A program made the translations under genes and the position numbers. From contig JBEKSS010000003.1 in the NCBI GenBank assembly GCA_049516875.1, positions 128,001 through 192,000 of the forward strand: a DNA stretch of 64,000 nucleotides. Reading direction: 5' to 3'. The first letter of the stretch is position 1. Every line of letters begins with the position of its first letter. Positions 39,361 to 48,827 of this stretch are shown here, in pieces. Below the pieces are notes generated by a model. That model had not been told where the DNA came from. It did not search any database and was given only the letters and a program-made list of their open reading frames with translations. The stretch comes from Candidatus Bathyarchaeia archaeon. GTDB taxonomy: Archaea > Thermoproteota > Bathyarchaeia > Bathyarchaeales > Bathycorpusculaceae.

Positions 39361-40043
39361 ACCCCAACATCCTGTGCCATCACAATTCTATATCGTAAAT
39401 CTCAATAAAGCACTTCTTTCAGCTTTCGATATGTATCAAAAACCGGAATATCAGAGTTGTCGGTTGCACAATGAAATGGACGGCGCGCGCGGTAGGCTGA
39501 TCCCTGATTGAGACTCAGTGCCTGTTCTTTCATATTCGACTTTCAGCGCGCTTCTTAACATGGTTACCGTGCTTATCAACGGTAAATACTACGGCTAAAC
39601 AAGCTTCTCATAACCCGAAGCGTCAAATTGACTATGCAAACCAATATTGCATACTCGCTCATGGGACAAAATGCAAGGCTGCTAACAGAATTGTGGAAAC
39701 GACGAAAAAGCAAAGCCGCGAATGAATTAATGTTGGTTCTCCGTTACGAGCTTCTGAGAATTGTGTGCGAAATGATTTGGGATCTAAATTTGCTCAAGAC
39801 GTCCATACTTGTAACCAAAACGCCATGGACTACACTCAAGTGTCTATCTCGCAAGCACGTTGGCCGCAAGCGCGCTAGCCACGCCTCCGTCAGCAATGTG
39901 AAAGAGAGAATGCTCGGAGCAGCCAAAGACATTAAAGAAAATTCGCTTCGGGCTTTGATCCAGTTCGTCGATCACCGCTAATGTCGTCTATACCTAAGCT
40001 CAAAATGAAGTGTTCGCAGTGCGACTGATGGAACAGCGCGCGC

Positions 40044-40290
40044 TCTTTCAACGAAAAAGCTAGAGAAGAATTCGGGCACCATTCTAGGTTTGCCCACGTT
40101 CTACCAGACTCCTGAGGAACTGATTCTGGCAAAGCTGCGCAGGACAAAGGCCACCGTTACTCGAGAAAGGGCTCTAAAGGACGAGGAAGACATGAAAGCA
40201 ATCTTAAGTTCACCAAAGTAAACGTCCTCAGAAAAAAAGAGTCAAGGAACAACACACTTTCAATACTCACAGACATACTCAAAGAAACAA
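40044..40290 (+). pseudogene. C-terminal remnant of a nucleotidyltransferase-like protein
   Basis: KLEKNSGTILGLPTFYQTPEELILAKLR...RERALKDEEDMKAIL (the PEDLIL.KL...R.KD..D pattern), then frameshifts; begins right after GCGCGCGC at 40036. Confidence 0.55.
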
Positions 40291-40437
40291 AAGGCCAGCG
40301 CAAACAGACGTGTGCACGCTGGACGCACGTGGATGAGCGGCCGCTTAATCACGGTTGCAACATATTGGTTTCAGCCAAACCTTAAGGGGAGATGTATCCC
40401 GCAACTGCCTTCTTTTTTATGCAAAGCTTCTGAATCA

Positions 40438-41679
40438 TCACTGGAAGGTATGTGACTCCAAGATTTTGTCGATTCGTTCTACTCTTTCTTTCTCGTTGTT
40501 TCTCGTCGCGCTTGCTCTCCAGCTCCATAAGCACTTTCTTAAACGTTCTGTCTCATCTTTGTCCAACCTGCTTAACTCTATTGAATTGAAGAGGTTCTGA
40601 AATTCGATTGGTGTCCAAGTCTCGATTGCATCTACAACAAGCGTGTTCATGATCTTTGGGTCGTATCTTTGTAGCCTCTGAATAATGCCCAAAGCGTCAC
40701 TTTTTTCTTCGGTTGAAAGAGTAGAATACATTCTGTGGATTCTGTCCAGAAACAATTCTTTCATCTTTGCATTTACCACTTCGTCCCTTCTCCCTGACAC
40801 TATCGATAGAATGTCGAGACAACGCTTTCTCATTGTTTCACTGTTGCATTCATTTTCCAGAGCAGATAGTAAGGCTATGACGTTGCTTCGGATACTGTCA
40901 GGCATTCCGTCGTAGGGCAGGTAAGTAGTTTGATGCCGTATGGTTTCCAAGATTTTCTCCTTCGTGTCTCTTTCCTGAATATCTTTGAATATGGAGATGT
41001 TGGAAGAGAATCTCTTTACGTCGAACTGGGATTCATATCTGGTTTCCGGCAGCCAGACCATTTCTTGGCCTATCCTGGCGCCAAATCTTTTCAAGGTTTC
41101 AAGTACAGACTGCGATTTTCGGTGCGGAAGCAGTATTGATGCTATTCCCGTTCTTTTTCCACCCAACTCGTTAACGAGCCCCTTCATTTTGCTGGTGTAC
41201 ACCTTTCCTTTGAATGATCTTCTGGTTTCATATCCGTACAGTGCCCTCTTAACCTTCATTTTGTCTGACGAGCTAAGATTCGTCAATTCATAGTGGATCA
41301 ATACGTGTGGAGAGAACCCGAGCTTGTTGTCCAGCATTATGATGGGTCTTCCGAAGAGCAGGATGCCTTCTCTCAAGAGTTCTTCGATGAATTGACCATC
41401 AAGCTTGTCGAATCTTATGTTGGAGAAAACAAGCTGGATGTTCCTGTCAAATCTCTTCTCCAAGTCTAAAGCGATCTTGGACACTTTGCCTCTTTCGTCC
41501 AGTAGGTCTGGATCCTGTTCCGTGTCCAGAACTACCAGGAAGTCTATGTCGCTTCTTGCGTCTGCTTCTCCTTTAGCAACCGATCCAAACAGGAAGACGC
41601 CATATATGTTTGGCATGCTTGAGATTTGTTTCACAAATTCAAAAACAGCATCCTGAAACTGTTCCTGCAAACGGACCAT
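40438..41679 (-). CDS. MNT nucleotidyltransferase with a long multi-domain C-terminal extension
   Basis: LFGSVAKGEADARSDIDFLVV (GS-x10-DxD), REGILL; then a middle alpha/beta domain (LIHYELTNLSSSDKMKVKRALYG...GG) and a helical domain of about 190 aa. Confidence 0.88.
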   Translation of the reverse strand: MVRLQEQFQDAVFEFVKQISSMPNIYGVFLFGSVAKGEADARSDIDFLVVLDTEQDPDLLDERGKVSKIALDLEKRFDRNIQLVFSNIRFDKLDGQFIEELLREGILLFGRPIIMLDNKLGFSPHVLIHYELTNLSSSDKMKVKRALYGYETRRSFKGKVYTSKMKGLVNELGGKRTGIASILLPHRKSQSVLETLKRFGARIGQEMVWLPETRYESQFDVKRFSSNISIFKDIQERDTKEKILETIRHQTTYLPYDGMPDSIRSNVIALLSALENECNSETMRKRCLDILSIVSGRRDEVVNAKMKELFLDRIHRMYSTLSTEEKSDALGIIQRLQRYDPKIMNTLVVDAIETWTPIEFQNLFNSIELSRLDKDETERLRKCLWSWRASATRNNEKERVERIDKILESHTFQ

Positions 41680-41683
41680 CCTA

Positions 41684-41730
41684 ATACAGTATTGCGGGGC
41701 GTCCAATTTATGGGTTTTGTAATACTGTAT
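41684..41730. promoter_or_regulatory. Paired ATACWGTAT palindromes upstream of the MNT gene
   Basis: ATACAGTAT at 41684-41692 and ATACTGTAT at 41722-41730. Confidence 0.65.
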
Positions 41731-42076
41731 TGCAAACGCTTTCTATTCTTTTCATAACATCTTGAGCCCGTTGGAGCTGAGGACCATCGATTCTGCCACC
41801 ATATGCTTGACCAGGACGAATTTGATTTTCAAGTTCTTGGAAAGCTCGCCACACTAATTCAGAATTCTCTCCAAAAACGCTTTCGTGTTCGTTTATCATT
41901 GATCTCACGTTGCTATGCTTGTTTATGTGCAACCCTTCCTTTGCCATGCATGCCTCAATCAAGTGAAAACACGCCTCGAATATTGTCTCGATTCTGGTAG
42001 GGATGGAGTTCTGTTCGTTCTCAGAGTCTCGCTTGAACATTCCGTATTTCTGCAAATAAACGTCTTGGGAGGCCAT
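41708..42076 (-). CDS. HEPN-like domain protein (partner of the MNT)
   Basis: Helical 122-aa protein: FEACFHLIEACMA...KH...LENQIRPGQAYG; directly upstream of the MNT gene. Confidence 0.7.
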   Translation of the reverse strand: MASQDVYLQKYGMFKRDSENEQNSIPTRIETIFEACFHLIEACMAKEGLHINKHSNVRSMINEHESVFGENSELVWRAFQELENQIRPGQAYGGRIDGPQLQRAQDVMKRIESVCNTVLQNP

Positions 42077-42081
42077 GTTAT

Positions 42082-42129
42082 ATACAGTATTGCGAACAAA
42101 GACCACTTAATCCTTTCTGTATACTGTAT
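42082..42129. promoter_or_regulatory. Paired ATACWGTAT palindromes upstream of the HEPN gene
   Basis: ATACAGTAT at 42082-42090 and ATACTGTAT at 42121-42129. Confidence 0.65.
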
Positions 42130-42279
42130 AACGAATTTCTGTGGGTACCAAAGACAACAGAAGCGGAGACGTCTCCTACGAACACCTTTTTCTCTGTCGA
42201 GTTTCAACGCATTATTCTCGTCTATCAGAAATGCACGATTGTTGGATGCCAGTGTGACGAATGGGATATGTGTTATATG

Positions 42280-42369
42280 CTAAGGAAACAAAATCGCGCG
42301 CGCCAAAGCACCAACGCTTACGCTGATGTTCTTGGCCATCGAAATCAGAAGAGCACAGATTCCTTTCAT
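42280..42369 (-). pseudogene. Truncated second copy of the GIY-YIG gene 5' end (repeat copy B, 42303-42385)
   Basis: MKGICALLISMAKNISVSVGAL versus MKGIYVLLVSIAKNISVRVGGL; homology ends at CGCGCGCGC (42295-42303). Confidence 0.8.
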
Positions 42370-42587
42370 GTCTTTCTATCAATGCCTCTGCTCATACCAT
42401 TTCAGAATTTCTTTAACGGCACTGTCCGAGTAGCCTGTCTCTCTAAGCTTTTTTTCAAGGTCATTGAGAGTCTCAACCTTCAAGCCGGGGCACCATCCAA
42501 CAAAGAGCTTTACTAGGCATATCCTATTTATCCTTTGACCCGCGTGTCGATACATGCCTGCACTTTCGGAAGAAGCTTTGCCTAATG

Positions 42588-43685
42588 CTACTTCAGATAG
42601 GACTCTGGCCTTTCGAAGTCAAACTTTTTGGCCTTAAGCACTTTGGTGGCGAACCGAAGAATCTGTTTGCGCACTTTTGTTGACAGGTGTGGATACCACA
42701 GGGGTGAGGCTAGGACGAGGCTGCGCCAGGCGTAGAAGGGTTGGATCACGGTTAGGATTTCTTCGTCGTCAGTCTTGTCCAGATAGTTCCGCCAGAAGAG
42801 CCGAAACAGCCTCTCGAACGGCGTTCCGATAATCTCTCCGAATGCTTGCAGGGAATAGAACAGGTAGTTTATGGTCATGGTGCTCACGTCGTCGGCGGGT
42901 TCACCCCACTCGCCTCCTTTGCGGTCCAGCACCGTGAAGTCTAAGCCCTGCCTGAACATGACGTTCCAAGGGTGAAAGTCTCCGTGCACCTGCGACAGCC
43001 TGTGAACCTTGCGTCTGAGCCGCCAGCGCCACTCCACACACGATTTCTCGAGATTAACAAAGAATTTCTCATCAGCGTACTCTAGACCGCTCGGATAGCT
43101 GTCCGTCAACCCGAAGATTCCCTCGCCGTGCCCCAGCAAATCGCGCACACGCCTAACATACAGTCCCGGCGAATCCTTCTTCTTAACCGAGTGAATCCCA
43201 ACAAGATAGTCGGACAGAGCTAAACAGCGCTCCTCATCCAGACCACTCACGTCGCAGACCACCCTAATCTTATCCAAGTCAGCATGGTAGAGCACACCAT
43301 CAACAAACTCGGTCAGAATGAAGAACTCGCAGCAATCACCCAACGACTTAAGCGTCTCACCGTCACCCGTGAACGAACCGACGTCAACGGAACGCACGTG
43401 CCGGGGCAGCTTGTTAAACGTCGAATGCTGCATCAGCAGAACCGCCGCACGGTCAGCAAAGTGATCATGCCCGAAACCCTCCTGCCGCAACGTCTCCAAA
43501 ACCACATTCCGAGTCTCCCCTCCCACGCTGAACTCTATCAAGCACGGCACACCATAACCGAAACCCTTCAACTCCTCAGCGCCCTCCGCCCCCTGTAGCG
43601 GAACGACACGAGAAACCTCCACAGGTTCCTTGTACACGCATGAAAGATACTGCTGCACCCGCTCAACCTTCAACTCCAACAACAA
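42588..43685 (-). CDS. Phosphotransferase (APH/choline kinase-like family)
   Basis: KGFGYG, FNKLPRHV, VHGDFHPWNV, TVLDR.GGEWGEPADD, PLWYP; SD GGTGAGG with TTG start. Confidence 0.85.
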   Translation of the reverse strand: MLLELKVERVQQYLSCVYKEPVEVSRVVPLQGAEGAEELKGFGYGVPCLIEFSVGGETRNVVLETLRQEGFGHDHFADRAAVLLMQHSTFNKLPRHVRSVDVGSFTGDGETLKSLGDCCEFFILTEFVDGVLYHADLDKIRVVCDVSGLDEERCLALSDYLVGIHSVKKKDSPGLYVRRVRDLLGHGEGIFGLTDSYPSGLEYADEKFFVNLEKSCVEWRWRLRRKVHRLSQVHGDFHPWNVMFRQGLDFTVLDRKGGEWGEPADDVSTMTINYLFYSLQAFGEIIGTPFERLFRLFWRNYLDKTDDEEILTVIQPFYAWRSLVLASPLWYPHLSTKVRKQILRFATKVLKAKKFDFERPESYLK

Positions 43686-43794
43686 ACCTCACCGGAACAA
43701 CAGGTGCCAAACAACGGTTAAAAACATAACGATGCGTGCAGCCAACGATCAGAGAAAATCACCCTTGAACACATATGTCGCAGCGCTCGCGAGA

Positions 43795-43986
43795 TTGAGC
43801 CTCAAAAGAATCACGGATTGAGTACTCAAACACAAGGACGCCAACTCTAACATGAGAAACTCAGCATGCCGAAACTTTTGACACTCAAAAACCTCGCAGA
43901 ATTGAGTAGAAAAACCTTCAAACCAACATGCTTCAACAATGTTTTGAGGCTCAAAGAAATCACGGGTTGAGTACTCAAACACAAGG
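43795..43986 (+). repeat. Three degenerate tandem units with double palindromes TTGAG(C/G)CTCAA and TTGAGTACTCAA
   Basis: Units start at 43795, about 43878 (degenerate) and 43944; TTGAGTACTCAAACACAAGG is exact at 43818 and 43967. Confidence 0.8.
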
Positions 43987-44159
43987 GCTCACACGTCGAC
44001 ACACCAAAGCGTGCCTTCTCAATAAGAAAACTCTGCGCTTAACACTTGCTAAAGCCAAAACCAGATCCAAGCAGACTATTAGCTGGATGTCAGTTAGTTT
44101 CCAAAATAAGACATGGGCGGAAACAGCTTTCCAGAAAATAGAAGGTTAAGAAGCAGTTA

Positions 44160-44558
44160 CTAGGTCTTCCGCTTCTTTTCGGGCTTCTTCTCTTCTCCCA
44201 CCTTAGGCTGCTCAGGCTGCTCCTCTTCAACGGTCGGCTTCCCTTCCATCGTCGGCTTCTCTTCCGCCACAGGCTTCTCCTCAACCGTCGTTTTCTGCTC
44301 TGTTTCCATCTCACTCGTAATCTCTTCGATGGGCTTCGGAGGCGGTGTCGTGGCCATCGTCCAACCTATCCAAGCGCCTATGGCCAATATGGCGATGAAC
44401 GCTATGAACACTGGAAGCGCTACGAGCGTGAACGAGATATGCCACACGCCGGAGTCCAACCAGTACCCCCAGTAGAACAGTCCGAGACTGTAGAGCACGC
44501 CTATTACCACGCAGACCGTGCAGATTAATCCGCCAATCGCTTGATCTTTGCTAACCAT
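44160..44558 (-). CDS. Small 2-TM membrane protein, WIGWTMATTPPPKPIEE family (paralog 2) with EEKP repeats
   Basis: SKDQAIG...PVFIAF...GAWIGWTMATTPPPKPIEEITS followed by about four 6-aa (V/A/M)EEKP-type repeats. Confidence 0.88.
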   Translation of the reverse strand: MVSKDQAIGGLICTVCVVIGVLYSLGLFYWGYWLDSGVWHISFTLVALPVFIAFIAILAIGAWIGWTMATTPPPKPIEEITSEMETEQKTTVEEKPVAEEKPTMEGKPTVEEEQPEQPKVGEEKKPEKKRKT

Positions 44559-44632
44559 TCACATATCACCACATATTAGCCCTTTTTATGGCTCTAAGAC
44601 CTTTTAAAGTTTACCGTACCTCTTGATATTTG

Positions 44633-45889
44633 CTAACTTGTTCCCGACTCCCACGTCGTCAGATACGTCTTCTGCTCCTCGGTCAACTCGTCTATCCTAA
44701 TTCCCATCGCGTCAAGCTTCAGCCTCGCCACTTTCTCGTCAATCTCCTTGGGCACCGGGTAGACCTTCGGCTCCATCCTTCCCGCCTTGGCCAAGTGTTC
44801 CACGCAGAGAGCCTGGTTCGCGAAAGACATGTCCATGACCTCCGACGGATGGCCCTCCGCCGCCGCCAAGTTGACAAGCCTGCCCTCGGCCAGAAGGTAC
44901 AGTCTCCTGCCATCCTTGAGAGTGTACTCGTCCAGGTTGGGCCTTATGTTCCTCTTCGACGTTGCAAGCTCTTCAAGGTACTTCGGGTTAACCTCAACGT
45001 TGAAGTGTCCGCTGTTGGCCAACAACACCCCGTCCTTCATCCTCAGCATGTGCTCCTTCCTGATGACGCTCGTGTCGCCCGTCGCCGTGACGAACACGTC
45101 GCCCACGACAGCGGCCTCCGCCATGGGCATCACACGCAGACCGTTCATAGCCGCTTCAAGAGCCCTCGTGGGGTTCACCTCGGTGACTATGACGTTTGCG
45201 CCCATCCCCTGCGCTCTCAGGGCTATGCCCCTTCCGCACCAGCCGTAGCCGCAGACAACGAAGTTCTTGCCCGCGAAGAGAACGTTTGTGGCCCGTAGAA
45301 TGCCGTCCAGAGTGCTCTGGCCGGTTCCGTAACGGTTGTCGAACAGGTACTTCGTGTAAGCATCGTTCACGGCGATTATCGGGTACTTGAGGGCTCCGTC
45401 CTTCTCCATGGCTCTGAGCCTTAAGACGCCGGTTGTGGTTTCCTCCGTGCCGCCTTTGACGCCCTGTAGGAGTTCTGCTCGTTTGCTGTGGAGTGTGCCC
45501 ACGAGGTCGGCTCCGTCGTCTAGGGTGATGGTGGGCTTGGTGTCCAGCACTTTTTCTACGCACCAGTAGTACTCGTCGGTGGTTTGGACGCGCCAGGCGT
45601 AGACTCTGGTTCCTTCTCGTGCCAGGGCGGCTGCGACGTTGTCCTGTGTTGAGAGGGGGTTCGACCCGCACAGTGCGACGTTTGCTCCGCCCGCGAGGAA
45701 TGTTTCGACGAGAAATCCGGTTTCTTTGGTCACGTGCAAACAGGCGGCCAGCATCAAACCCATGAGGGGCTTCTCCTTGGCAAACCTGTTTTTGATCTGG
45801 GCGAGAACGGGCATGTGTTTCGACGCCCATTCGATTTGTAAGCGTCCTTCAGGAGCCAAACTCGCATCCTTAACCTTGAAGTCCTCCAT
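44633..45889 (-). CDS. ahcY: Adenosylhomocysteinase
   Basis: [76 protein letters not shown]. Confidence 0.97.
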   Translation of the reverse strand: MEDFKVKDASLAPEGRLQIEWASKHMPVLAQIKNRFAKEKPLMGLMLAACLHVTKETGFLVETFLAGGANVALCGSNPLSTQDNVAAALAREGTRVYAWRVQTTDEYYWCVEKVLDTKPTITLDDGADLVGTLHSKRAELLQGVKGGTEETTTGVLRLRAMEKDGALKYPIIAVNDAYTKYLFDNRYGTGQSTLDGILRATNVLFAGKNFVVCGYGWCGRGIALRAQGMGANVIVTEVNPTRALEAAMNGLRVMPMAEAAVVGDVFVTATGDTSVIRKEHMLRMKDGVLLANSGHFNVEVNPKYLEELATSKRNIRPNLDEYTLKDGRRLYLLAEGRLVNLAAAEGHPSEVMDMSFANQALCVEHLAKAGRMEPKVYPVPKEIDEKVARLKLDAMGIRIDELTEEQKTYLTTWESGTS

Positions 45890-45939
45890 AAACGTTTCAC
45901 TCTCCCTATGTCCATTTGCCGTTTGCTATATAAAACTAA

Positions 45940-46028
45940 GCGTCTAAAAGTCTGCAGCTTGTGATTGTCATGTTGGGTTTCGAGGCCTTGTGTTTGAGTA
46001 CTCAATTCGTGTTTTTTTTGAGGCTCAA
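45940..46028 (-). repeat. Inverted copy of the 43795 repeat unit, directly upstream of the ahcY TATA box
   Basis: Reverse complement reads TTGAGCCTCAAAAAAAACACGAATTGAGTACTCAAACACAAGG...AACATGA...ACTTTT.GAC.CT, colinear with 43795-43885. Confidence 0.8.
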
Positions 46029-46351
46029 TTCGTTGAGCAACGGGCGCTTTGAGGGAATAGGGGCGATTGCGTTTTTTTTTGTCTTTGGTGTTTTTTTCTG
46101 CATCTTTTTTCGTCTAAAGCGGTTCGTAGCTTGAGTGATGGATGTTATGGTGTCTGGAGGCCGCGGGGAGAAGTCTGGCTGCGTTGCATGAGTCATGGTG
46201 GACGGCGAGTTTGTTGGAGTTCATGTGGATGCTGTGACAACGGTTGATAACTCTGAAGCTTGGCATGTTAAGGCAAACTTTTATGGGTGAAATAGTCAAC
46301 GGAGATCAGCTTCCAAGTTTGCAAAGAGGAGCATGGAACCTATCAGGTTAA

Positions 46352-46558
46352 GATAATGGACAAACAGGCACCATAACCGTCGTTCCGGAGTTGCCATCCC
46401 TGTTAGGCCTGCTAATGTTGTTAGCATTGTTGACTGCATTAGTGGTCTATGCGAAGAGAAGATCCAGAGTGAAACAAGGATTACCCAAAGAAGGTTCTAA
46501 GACTGACGGAACCATCTTCCCATCAGCTTCTTCAGCAGACGATGCTGTTTACGTTTGA
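46352..46558 (+). pseudogene. Orphan PEF-CTERM-like sorting tail of a lost surface protein
   Basis: After an in-frame TAA: GQTGTITVVPELPSLLGLLMLLALLTALVVYAKRRSR (motif, TM helix, basic cluster). Confidence 0.55.
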
Positions 46559-46875
46559 AAATTGCTTAGCGTCCGCTTGGGTATGCTTCTCCCCTAGATA
46601 GAAAAAGCGAGCGCGCGCACTTTTTGCCGACTCTACTTTAGCATGTTACTCATGTTTTTGCAGAACTTGCACGCGATCAATCACTCTTCTCTATTCTATC
46701 TGTTTTGTCCTTGATTCCACTGTAAGCTTCGTGCGCTGTGAAGAGAAGGCGGCTGATTGTTAGTCGGTGATCTGGTTGTAATCTGTTCTTTTCACATTCG
46801 AGTTGAGGTGTCTTCCGGGCAACCTTCTTTTTAGTTGCACTTGAGCGGGTCCTTTGGAGGGCTTGCTACGGTGTA

Positions 46876-48252
46876 TCATTTTGTTGCGAATTCTTTGAGT
46901 TCTTTGAGTTTGTGTATCTCAATCAGGTTGCTTGCGTGTTTTCGAGAGGTTCTGAAGGCAGCCGTGAACAGTATCGTTTCCTCGTCGTTGATAAGGCCTG
47001 TTGATTGAAGCTTCTTTGCAACCGCCAGAATTCGGTCGTTCTCTTCGCGGTAGTCCATTTGCATTGTGGATACGCCGAAGGCCAGTTCAAGTTGCCTCTT
47101 GACTTGCGCGTCGGGGGTCACGGCGATTATCGGCTGGGTTATCTTGAATCTTGAGATCATTTTGGCTGTGTAGCCTGATCTGGTCAGGGTGACGACTTTG
47201 CCTACGGGCATCTCTTGGCATATTCTTTGAATTGCCCTGCTTATGGTGTCTGAGATGTTGATGAAACCCTCGTCTTCGACGTGGTTTTCGACTGCCTTTT
47301 CAGTTTCGACCGCGATTCTGGACATCATCGAGACGGCTTCTACTGGGTACTGTCCTACTGCTGTCTCGCCTGAGAGCATCGTTACTTCTGTTCCGTCCAG
47401 TATTGCGTTGGCTACGTCGCTGACTTCGGCTCTGGTCGGGATTGGGTTGTGCATCATTGATTCTAGCATTTCTGTTGCCGTCACAACGGTCTTTCCTCTC
47501 TGGTTGCACTGTCTGATTATTGATTTCTGGACGAGCGGAACCTTTTCAGGTTCTATTTCAACGCCTAAGTCGCCTCTTGCCACCATGATTCCGTCTGCAG
47601 TGTTCAGGATTTCGTTGAAGTTGTTGACGCCTTCATAGTTCTCTATCTTGGCGATGATTGCGCCCTTGCACCGGTGAGCCTCTTTCCTGAGGTTTTCTAC
47701 GTCTCGAGCGTTTCTTGTAAAAGAGAGAGCTATGAATTCAACGTCCCTTTCCTTTGCCAAGCCTAATATCTCGCGGTCCCTGCCTGAGAGGGTTGGAACT
47801 GCAAGTCTCTTGTAGGGGATGTTAACTCCCTTTCCGTCATCTATTTCTCCAGGGGTCAAAGCCACTAGTTTTAGGGTGCTCTTCTTTTTTTCGGCGATTT
47901 TCAGTCTCAGCTTTCCGTTGTCAACCATGACATTGTCGCCGACATCCACGTCGTCGTAGAAATTCCTGCTGAAGCTTATTTTCTCGCGTTTGAAGCCGGC
48001 TTCGAAAACGTCTCCTTTGTCGATGGCCCTCTTGTTTTTTACTCTGAGCCTTATTTCAGGCCCTTTAATGTCAACTATTACCGGGATATCTGCGACTTTG
48101 CGAACGGTGTCAATCATGTTCTTGTATTGGTCGAGTGTTCCATAGGCAGTGTTTATTCTGGTGCCATTCATTCCCGCACGATACATTTTCTGAAGCGTTT
48201 CCTTAGAAAGGCTGGTCGGACCAATCGTGCAGACGATTTTGGTTTTCTTCAA
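46876..48252 (-). CDS. pyk: Pyruvate kinase
   Basis: KTKIVCTIGP, DIKGPEIR, KGVN, IAKIEN, GIMVARGDLGVE, ATEMLESM..NP.PTRAEVSDVANA, MLSGETA.G.YP. Confidence 0.96.
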   Translation of the reverse strand: MKKTKIVCTIGPTSLSKETLQKMYRAGMNGTRINTAYGTLDQYKNMIDTVRKVADIPVIVDIKGPEIRLRVKNKRAIDKGDVFEAGFKREKISFSRNFYDDVDVGDNVMVDNGKLRLKIAEKKKSTLKLVALTPGEIDDGKGVNIPYKRLAVPTLSGRDREILGLAKERDVEFIALSFTRNARDVENLRKEAHRCKGAIIAKIENYEGVNNFNEILNTADGIMVARGDLGVEIEPEKVPLVQKSIIRQCNQRGKTVVTATEMLESMMHNPIPTRAEVSDVANAILDGTEVTMLSGETAVGQYPVEAVSMMSRIAVETEKAVENHVEDEGFINISDTISRAIQRICQEMPVGKVVTLTRSGYTAKMISRFKITQPIIAVTPDAQVKRQLELAFGVSTMQMDYREENDRILAVAKKLQSTGLINDEETILFTAAFRTSRKHASNLIEIHKLKELKEFATK

Positions 48253-48410
48253 AAACCCATCTCCGATGCCCAGCTTCAAAGATACTGTTGATCTTTGCTT
48301 TAACGCTAGCGTTTAGTCTTCAGTGGCACGTGTTAGAAGCATTTCTTTCTCTATCGCAACTTTCCAAAAGTCATTTATATTATGGCTGCAAGAGTGAAAA
48401 ACGATCTTGA

Positions 48411-48716
48411 ATGAAGTTCTTGATAATTGCGAAAGTGAGACAGACTCCTGTGGATGTCTGGGCTAAGCTGCTCCCAGCCCACTTCAAGTATCTTGACGAG
48501 TTGGAGAGGAAGAAGACTATCGAGGTTTCGTACCATCTGATTGGTCATCAGGGCGATGCTTTGATTGTCAACGCGAATTCAGATGAAGAGTTGGCGAGCA
48601 TAATAGGTGAAGATCCACTGTTCTTCTACACCGAAAGAGAAGTCTACCCGCTTACGACGCGTGAGGTTCATAAACGAAGACTGGAACAGATGTTCGGAAA
48701 GACCCGCCCGCGCTGA
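48411..48716 (+). CDS. Muconolactone isomerase-like / YciI-fold small protein
   Basis: MKFLIIAKV...IVNANSDEEL..II.EDPL......EVYPL pattern. Confidence 0.65.
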   Translation: MKFLIIAKVRQTPVDVWAKLLPAHFKYLDELERKKTIEVSYHLIGHQGDALIVNANSDEELASIIGEDPLFFYTEREVYPLTTREVHKRRLEQMFGKTRPR

Positions 48717-48827
48717 GACGGCTTTGAATATCTTCTACACTTGGCGATGCTGTGCTGTTCCACGATGGGATGTAGATTCGGAAATCATTGGATTCCAATT
48801 CGCACCTGTAGTTGAGCGGGTGGTTGC

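Larger units (their letters stand above)
34050..42303. repeat. Cluster of alternating (CG)n runs at gene-fragment junctions
   Basis: Runs of 8 nt or more at 34050, 34134, 36792, 36950, 37487, 39483, 40036 and 42295 (also 20222, 46611, 60317 elsewhere); 6-7-nt runs at 34116, 34762, 34930, 36674, 36812, 39004, 39119, 39546 and 39870. Confidence 0.8.

Noticed and set aside
34000-42300. Integron cassette array
   Set aside because: No attC-type RYYYAAC...GTTRRRY sites were recognised, the pieces are fragments in mixed orientation, and there is no integrase.
43795-43986. Possible CRISPR array
   Set aside because: Only 2-3 degenerate units, the intervening sequences resemble each other rather than being unique spacers, and no cas genes are in the window.
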